NCBI GenBank assembly: GCA_028713935.1
Contig: JAQTNI010000051.1
Coordinates: 1-8,070 of the forward strand
Source of the DNA: Candidatus Iainarchaeum sp.
Lineage (GTDB): Archaea; Iainarchaeota; Iainarchaeia; Iainarchaeales; GCA-2688035
DNA: 8,070 nucleotides
Direction of reading: 5' to 3'
A model generated the notes under the pieces. It was not told where the DNA came from, ran no database searches, and worked only from the letters and a program-made list of their open reading frames with translations. Within the stretch, counting starts at the first letter, position 1. Each line of letters begins with the position of its first letter. Position numbers and translations under genes: made by a program. Shown here piece after piece: positions 3,702 through 8,070 of the stretch.

Positions 3702-6700
3702 ATGGCTCTTGAAAAAGAAACAGGAATTCTGCTTGACCTGGATTATGAAAACATTGGCCCTGATTCTGCAATCCAGTTGTTTTTGCGGACAAAAAAAGGG
3801 ATTCTGGAATTCTTTGACTTGAGCTTCAGGCCATATTTCCTGCTTGTCCCAAAGGAAAGCATGGGCCTTGAAAAAACAAAAAAAGCGCTTTTGCAAATTG
3901 AATTTGGCGAAGAAAAATCAAGAATTTTTGCAGTAGAGGAAATTGAAAAAAGCGGGAAAAAAACCTTGAAAATTGTTTTCAGGAGCACAAAGGCTTTGAA
4001 AGAAGCGCGGGAAACTTTCAGGGAAACAAGGGAATTTGAAATCAGGGAATTTGACATTCCTTTTGCAAGGAGATACCTGCTTGACACTGGCCTTGCTCCA
4101 ATGGCAAGCATAGAAATAAGCTTTTCTGAAAAAAATAGCAGGCGCATAATAAGTGAAATAAAGCCGGCAAAAGCTGAAGAAATTGAATTGAATATTGCTG
4201 CAGTTGACATTGAAACTTATTCTCCGGGCAGGTTCAGCAATCCTGAAAAAGACCCTATTCTCATGATTTCTTTTGCGGGCAAAAAAGACAGGCTTGTTTT
4301 CACTACAAAAAAACAGCTTGAAAAAAACCTGAATTGCAGGATTTTTGAAAATGAAAAAAAAATGATTGAAGGCTTTGCTGAATTTGTGCAAAAGCAAAAA
4401 CTTGATATTATTGTAAGCTATAACGGGGATAATTTTGATTTTCCTTATTTCAAGGAAAGAGCCAGGCAGTTAAAAACAGTCTTTAACATTGGCTTTGGAA
4501 ATTCCCCAGTGATAATAAAAAAGAAAGGCCTCTCTGACCGGTCTTCAAGATTCAAGGCAATGCAGCACCTGGATGCCTTTCACATGCTGAGAATGCTTTC
4601 AAGGTTTGGGGTAGTGAGCATAATAAAGTATGATTTGGAAAGTGTTGTAAAAAGGCTTTACAATTATGAAAAGAAAAAAATTTTTTCGCAGGACATAAAC
4701 AAAATCTGGGAAACAGAAAAAGGCCTTGAAGAGCTTGTGAATTACAATCTTGAAGACTCTGTTTTTGCACTGAGAATAGCCGAGGATTATTTGCAATTGC
4801 TTGTTGAATTCTGCGGAATTGTAAGGCAAAACATTTTTGATGTCAGCAGGGCAAGCGCCTCCCTGCTGGTAGAATCGCTTCTTATCAGGAAAGCCTTTGA
4901 AATGAAAGAGCTTGTGCCAAACAGACCTTCTGAAGCAAGCGTTTCGGAAAGAATCCAGAAAACCTTTAAAGGGGGCTATGTGAAAGAGCCTATTGCTGGC
5001 CTGCATGAAAATATTGCAGTGCTTGATTTTCGGAGCCTGCATCCAAGCATAATAATTTCCCATAACATCAGCCCTGAAACAATGAATTGTGGGCATAAGG
5101 AATGCATGCAAGGAAAAAACCTTGCGCCTGACAAGGACTGGTTCTGTGAAAAAAAAACAGGGTTTCTGCCAATAGTGTTAAGGGATATTCTTGGAAAAAG
5201 AATTGAAATAAAAAAAGAATTAAAAAAAGCAAAGAAATTGTCAGCTGAATTCCAGAAGCTGAATGCAAGGCAGCAGGCATTGAAAATACTGCTGAATTCA
5301 CATTATGGGTATCTGGGCTTTGCGCGCAGCAGATGGTATAGCATGGAGTGCGCGCGGGCAGTAACTGCATGGAGCAGGCATTATGTGCGCGAAGTTATAC
5401 ACAAAACAGAGGAAGCGGGGTTCACTGCGCTTTACGGTGACAGCATTACAGCAGAAAGATTTGTCACAATAAAAAATCCAAAAGGATTTATCGAGGTAAA
5501 AAACATTGAAGAATTTTTTGAAAAAAACAAAAAACTGCTTGCAATAAGAGAAGAGAAAGAAATTGTTGTGCCAAAAGGTTTTGAAGCATTGTCAGTGAAT
5601 CCAAAAAGCCTTGAAGCGGAATGGAAGCCGATTAAAGAAATAATTCGGCACAAAACAGCAAAAAAAATTTTCAGGGTAAACCAAAAATTCGGTGAAACAA
5701 GAGTTACAGAAGACCATTCAGTTATAACAAAAGAAAAGGGCATCTTAAAAGAAATAAAACCGGCAGAAATGCAAGGCAAAGAATTTTTTTCCCCATGGCA
5801 CACCCCAAAGGCAAAAGAGATAAAAATCCTTGATTTGGCAGAAGAGCTTGGCAGGTATTCGCCAAAAATAAGTTATAAGGGCAGAGAAAAAATAAACAAA
5901 CTGCGCCATGACAATGAATTTGTTTGGTTTGGTTGGATGGACATAAAAAAGCCGGTAAAACTAAAAAGATTCATCAAAATCGGCTCCAAAGAATTCGAAT
6001 CGATGTGCAGGCTTTTGGGCGCATACATTGCAGAAGGCAGCAGTTCTACAATTGAAACAACAGCAAAAAGAAGCGGGGCAAGCATTTCCTCTTCAAACAT
6101 TGAATGGCTTGAATCACTGCAACAGGATTATGCATTATTATCCAATGCAAAAACCTGCATAATAAGGTCAACAAAAAAAGAAAGAAACCTTGTTTACAAA
6201 AACGGGGGTCAAGAAAAAAGAATAACCTACACAGACAATACGTGCAAATTGCAAATGATGAATGGAATCTCCGCAGTTTTCTTTAAAATGTTTTGCGGTC
6301 AAAAAAGCCATGGGAAAAAACTGCCAAATTTTATTTTCAATGTTCAGGACAAATATAAAAAAATCTTGTTGGAAAAAATGATAGAAGGCGATGGCAGCCA
6401 CGCAGTAAACAAGCGCTTGGGTTATTCCGCAGAATACATAAAAAACAATTTTTCTTACACTACAAAATCATTAGGGGTAATCAGCGGATTGGATTTGCTC
6501 TTAAAACAATTATCGCAAAAACATTCAGTTTATTACAGAGAATCAAAAAAATGTTACAGTATAAAAACTTGCACAAAACAAAACAAAAGAATAATGACAA
6601 AAATAACACCAGAAGAATACTCTGGTTTTGTTTACGATTTAAGCGTCAAAGATAACAACAACTTTGTTGATTCCTGCGGGCAAGTGCTATTGCACAATAC

Positions 6701-7394
6701 AGACTCGACTTTTTTGGAAATTCCAAAAAACAAAAGCACCGAGGATGTCAAAAAATTTGTTGAAAAAATAAATTTGGAACTTCCGGAAGCAATGGACTTG
6801 GAAATAGACGGCTTTTACAGGCGCGGAATTTTTGTGACAAGAAGAGAGGGAAAACAGGCTGCAAAAAAAAGATATGCCCTGATTGATTTTGAAGACAAGC
6901 TGAAAATAGTGGGCTTTGAATATGTGAGAAGGGACTGGGCAAGGATTGCAAGGGAAACACAAAAAGAAGTGCTTGAAACAGTCCTGAAAGAAGGAAACCC
7001 TGAAAAGGCAGTTGAAATAATCAGAAAAAAAATTTTGGAGCTGAAGGCAGGAAAAGTCCCGAAAACAGAGTTAGTGGTTTTAACGCAGATTCAAAGGCCT
7101 CTTGACAAATACTCCAGCATTGGGCCTCATGTTGCAGCTGCAAAAAAAGCAGTGCAAAAAGGAAAAGAAATTGAAATCGGCAGTGTTGTCGGATATATAA
7201 TTACGAGATGCGGGGAAAGCATTTCGGAAAAAGCGCAATTGGAAGAATTTGTAAAAGAAGGCAACTACGACGCTGACTACTACATAACACATCAGTTGGT
7301 TCCCGCGGTTATACGCATAATACAGGAACTCGGATATACAACAGAAGACCTTTTGCAGGGAGGAAAACAGCAGAAACTCGGGGCTTTTCAATAG
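3702..7394 (+). CDS. polB: Family-B DNA polymerase (archaeal PolB type), precursor containing one intein; 1230 aa precursor, 811 aa after splicing
   Basis: The start is ATG 3702 (MALEKETGILLDLDYE..., the typical PolB N-terminus) rather than the track's 3594; the stop is TAG 7392-7394. The exonuclease motifs are present: Exo I VDIET (D at 4206), Exo II YNGDNFDFPY (4419-4448) and Exo III YNLED (4743-4757). The polymerase motifs are motif A DFRSLHPSIIISHN (from 5025), motif B KILLNSHYGY (5283-), and motif C split as YGD (5433-5441) ... TDS (6699-6707). KKRYALIDF, GFEYVRRDWARIA and the N-terminal FRPYF are also present. Confidence 0.96.
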   Translation: MALEKETGILLDLDYENIGPDSAIQLFLRTKKGILEFFDLSFRPYFLLVPKESMGLEKTKKALLQIEFGEEKSRIFAVEEIEKSGKKTLKIVFRSTKALKEARETFRETREFEIREFDIPFARRYLLDTGLAPMASIEISFSEKNSRRIISEIKPAKAEEIELNIAAVDIETYSPGRFSNPEKDPILMISFAGKKDRLVFTTKKQLEKNLNCRIFENEKKMIEGFAEFVQKQKLDIIVSYNGDNFDFPYFKERARQLKTVFNIGFGNSPVIIKKKGLSDRSSRFKAMQHLDAFHMLRMLSRFGVVSIIKYDLESVVKRLYNYEKKKIFSQDINKIWETEKGLEELVNYNLEDSVFALRIAEDYLQLLVEFCGIVRQNIFDVSRASASLLVESLLIRKAFEMKELVPNRPSEASVSERIQKTFKGGYVKEPIAGLHENIAVLDFRSLHPSIIISHNISPETMNCGHKECMQGKNLAPDKDWFCEKKTGFLPIVLRDILGKRIEIKKELKKAKKLSAEFQKLNARQQALKILLNSHYGYLGFARSRWYSMECARAVTAWSRHYVREVIHKTEEAGFTALYGDSITAERFVTIKNPKGFIEVKNIEEFFEKNKKLLAIREEKEIVVPKGFEALSVNPKSLEAEWKPIKEIIRHKTAKKIFRVNQKFGETRVTEDHSVITKEKGILKEIKPAEMQGKEFFSPWHTPKAKEIKILDLAEELGRYSPKISYKGREKINKLRHDNEFVWFGWMDIKKPVKLKRFIKIGSKEFESMCRLLGAYIAEGSSSTIETTAKRSGASISSSNIEWLESLQQDYALLSNAKTCIIRSTKKERNLVYKNGGQEKRITYTDNTCKLQMMNGISAVFFKMFCGQKSHGKKLPNFIFNVQDKYKKILLEKMIEGDGSHAVNKRLGYSAEYIKNNFSYTTKSLGVISGLDLLLKQLSQKHSVYYRESKKCYSIKTCTKQNKRIMTKITPEEYSGFVYDLSVKDNNNFVDSCGQVLLHNTDSTFLEIPKNKSTEDVKKFVEKINLELPEAMDLEIDGFYRRGIFVTRREGKQAAKKRYALIDFEDKLKIVGFEYVRRDWARIARETQKEVLETVLKEGNPEKAVEIIRKKILELKAGKVPKTELVVLTQIQRPLDKYSSIGPHVAAAKKAVQKGKEIEIGSVVGYIITRCGESISEKAQLEEFVKEGNYDADYYITHQLVPAVIRIIQELGYTTEDLLQGGKQQKLGAFQ
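5442..6698 (+). mobile_element. Intein (419 aa, class-1 type, Ser1 ... His-Asn / Thr+1) with a LAGLIDADG homing-endonuclease domain, inserted in polB motif C
   Basis: The junctions read ...FTALYGD|SITAERFV... and ...GQVLLHN|TDSTFLEIP. In-frame removal of 1257 nt recreates the canonical YGDTDS motif. Four intein blocks are recognisable: block A (S1, AGC 5442), block B RVTEDHSVIT (T 5706, H 5715), block F GFVYDLSVKDNNNFV (6624-), and block G VLLHN (His-Asn 6693-6698) followed by the Thr+1 nucleophile (6699). Confidence 0.9.
6012..6398 (+). other. Core of the LAGLIDADG (dodecapeptide) homing-endonuclease domain within the intein
   Basis: There are two dodecapeptide motifs about 120 aa apart, as in monomeric double-motif enzymes. 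They are LLGAYIAEGSS (6012-6044, acidic Glu at 6033) and LLEKMIEGDGS (about 6366-6398, Asp at 6390). The KLPNFIF... segment preceding motif 2 is typical of the family. Confidence 0.8.
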
Positions 7395-7403
7395 ACAATT
7401 GCC

Positions 7404-7422
7404 TTTTTTAAACTCTTTTTTT
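7404..7422 (+). terminator. Oligo-T terminator candidate for polB (T6 at 7404-7409, T7 at 7416-7422)
   Basis: Two T-runs lie 10-28 nt after the polB stop codon. Archaeal RNAP terminates at oligo-T. I could find no convincing hairpin here. Confidence 0.45.
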
Positions 7423-7462
7423 CAAGAATTTGTAATCTGATATTCTAATTTTTGGTTTTTTT

Positions 7463-8070
7463 ATGGCAAAAAAAGAGGAAAAAACAGAAGAGAAAAGCAT
7501 TGAAGAAAAATATATTAAAGCAGGCAAAATTCTGCTGAAAGCAAAGGAAAATGCCTTAAAACGCATAAAGCCAGGGCAAAAATTGCTGGAAATTGCTGAA
7601 AAAATAGAAGCGGATATTGTAGAGATGGGTGGATTGCCTGCTTTTCCAGTTAACCTGAGCATTAATGAAACAGCTGCACATTTTACTCCCGCTTTTAACG
7701 ACGAGCTTGTTCTTAATGAAAAAGGCCTTTTGAAAGTTGATTTGGGGGCACATATTGACGGTTTTATTGCAGATGCTGCTTTTTCAATCAATCCAAGCAA
7801 TGATTTTGCAAAACTAATTGAGGCAAGCGAAAAAGCCCTTGAAAATGCGCTTGCTTCCGTTAAACAAGGTGCAACAATTGGAAAAATTGGAGAGGAAATT
7901 GAAAAAACAATTAAGTCTTACGGTTTCAATCCGGTCCAGAACCTTACTGGGCATGAATTGGGGGAATACCAGCAGCATGCGGGAATTTCAATTCCAAACA
8001 TTGGCAGGAACGATGAAAGAAAACTTGAAGCAGGGCATGCTTATGCAATAGAACCTTTTGCTACTGATGG
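7463..8070 (+). CDS. map: Methionine aminopeptidase, type 2 (archaeal MetAP), 3'-truncated by the window end
   Basis: This ORF is not in the supplied track, because it is open to the window end. I translated it by hand from ATG 7463: MAKKEEKTEEKSIEEKYIKAGKILLKAKENALKRIKPGQKLLEIAEKIEADIVEMGGLPAFPVNLSINETAAHFTPAFNDELVLNEKGLLKVDLGAHIDGFIADAAFSINPSND...NLTGHELGEYQQHAGISIPNIGRNDERKLEAGHAYAIEPFATDG. Signature MetAP-2 strings are AFPVNLSINExAAH, VDLGAHIDGxIAD, NLTGH and AIEPFATDG. Four of the five metal ligands are visible (D93, D104, H164, E197 in my numbering), with the expected D-x10-D spacing. Confidence 0.93.
   Translation, partial: MAKKEEKTEEKSIEEKYIKAGKILLKAKENALKRIKPGQKLLEIAEKIEADIVEMGGLPAFPVNLSINETAAHFTPAFNDELVLNEKGLLKVDLGAHIDGFIADAAFSINPSNDFAKLIEASEKALENALASVKQGATIGKIGEEIEKTIKSYGFNPVQNLTGHELGEYQQHAGISIPNIGRNDERKLEAGHAYAIEPFATD

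Noticed and set aside
5149-5157. Homopolymer A runs (A7-A9, many across the window) as programmed frameshift sites or pseudogene-causing indels
   Set aside because: All long ORFs stay in frame through them, and conserved motifs continue on both sides. They simply reflect Lys codon usage. Only the A7 in the degenerate P-loop (2149-2155) merits a read-level check.
7408-7800. A 130-aa - strand ORF, and a 77-aa + ORF at 7818-8051
   Set aside because: Both are shadows of the map reading frame, which has unmistakable MetAP motifs. Their sequences are Ser/Phe/Lys low-complexity.
1-8070. CRISPR arrays, tRNA or rRNA genes, and transposase or integrase genes
   Set aside because: There are no regularly spaced direct repeats. 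The intergenic regions are short (7-225 nt), and none shows cloverleaf-compatible stems or conserved tRNA boxes. No ORF shows recombinase-like motifs. The only mobile element seen is the intein.

Overview
This is an AT-rich, Lys/Glu-rich, tightly packed locus that looks archaeal. TTTAWATA-like boxes sit 20-35 nt upstream of several starts, terminators are oligo-T, and the window encodes a family-B DNA polymerase and a type-2 methionine aminopeptidase. The source is probably an uncultivated small-genome archaeon; the lineage cannot be determined by eye. There are seven credible protein genes. (1, 2) Two small 2-TM membrane proteins (1-237 and 335-739, +). (3) A 160-aa coiled-coil protein (823-1305, -). 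(4) A 510-aa protein (1529-3061, +) whose C-terminal two thirds resemble a HerA/FtsK-type (DUF87-like) P-loop NTPase with eroded Walker A/B motifs. (5) A second ~167-aa coiled-coil protein (3069-3572, -) that shares a repeated 14-residue motif with the first. (6) polB (3702-7394, +), interrupted inside motif C (YGD|TDS) by a 419-aa intein carrying a two-motif LAGLIDADG homing endonuclease (5442-6698). (7) The 5' part of map (7463 to the window end, +), which is missing from the supplied ORF track because it runs off the window. The most notable observations are: the intein; a His replacing the near-universal steric-gate Tyr in polB motif A (SLHPS); the apparent pseudo-ATPase flanked by paralogous coiled-coil genes; and a ~100-nt nested dyad-symmetric element in the divergent intergenic region 1306-1528. 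No rRNA, tRNA, CRISPR array or transposase was seen.
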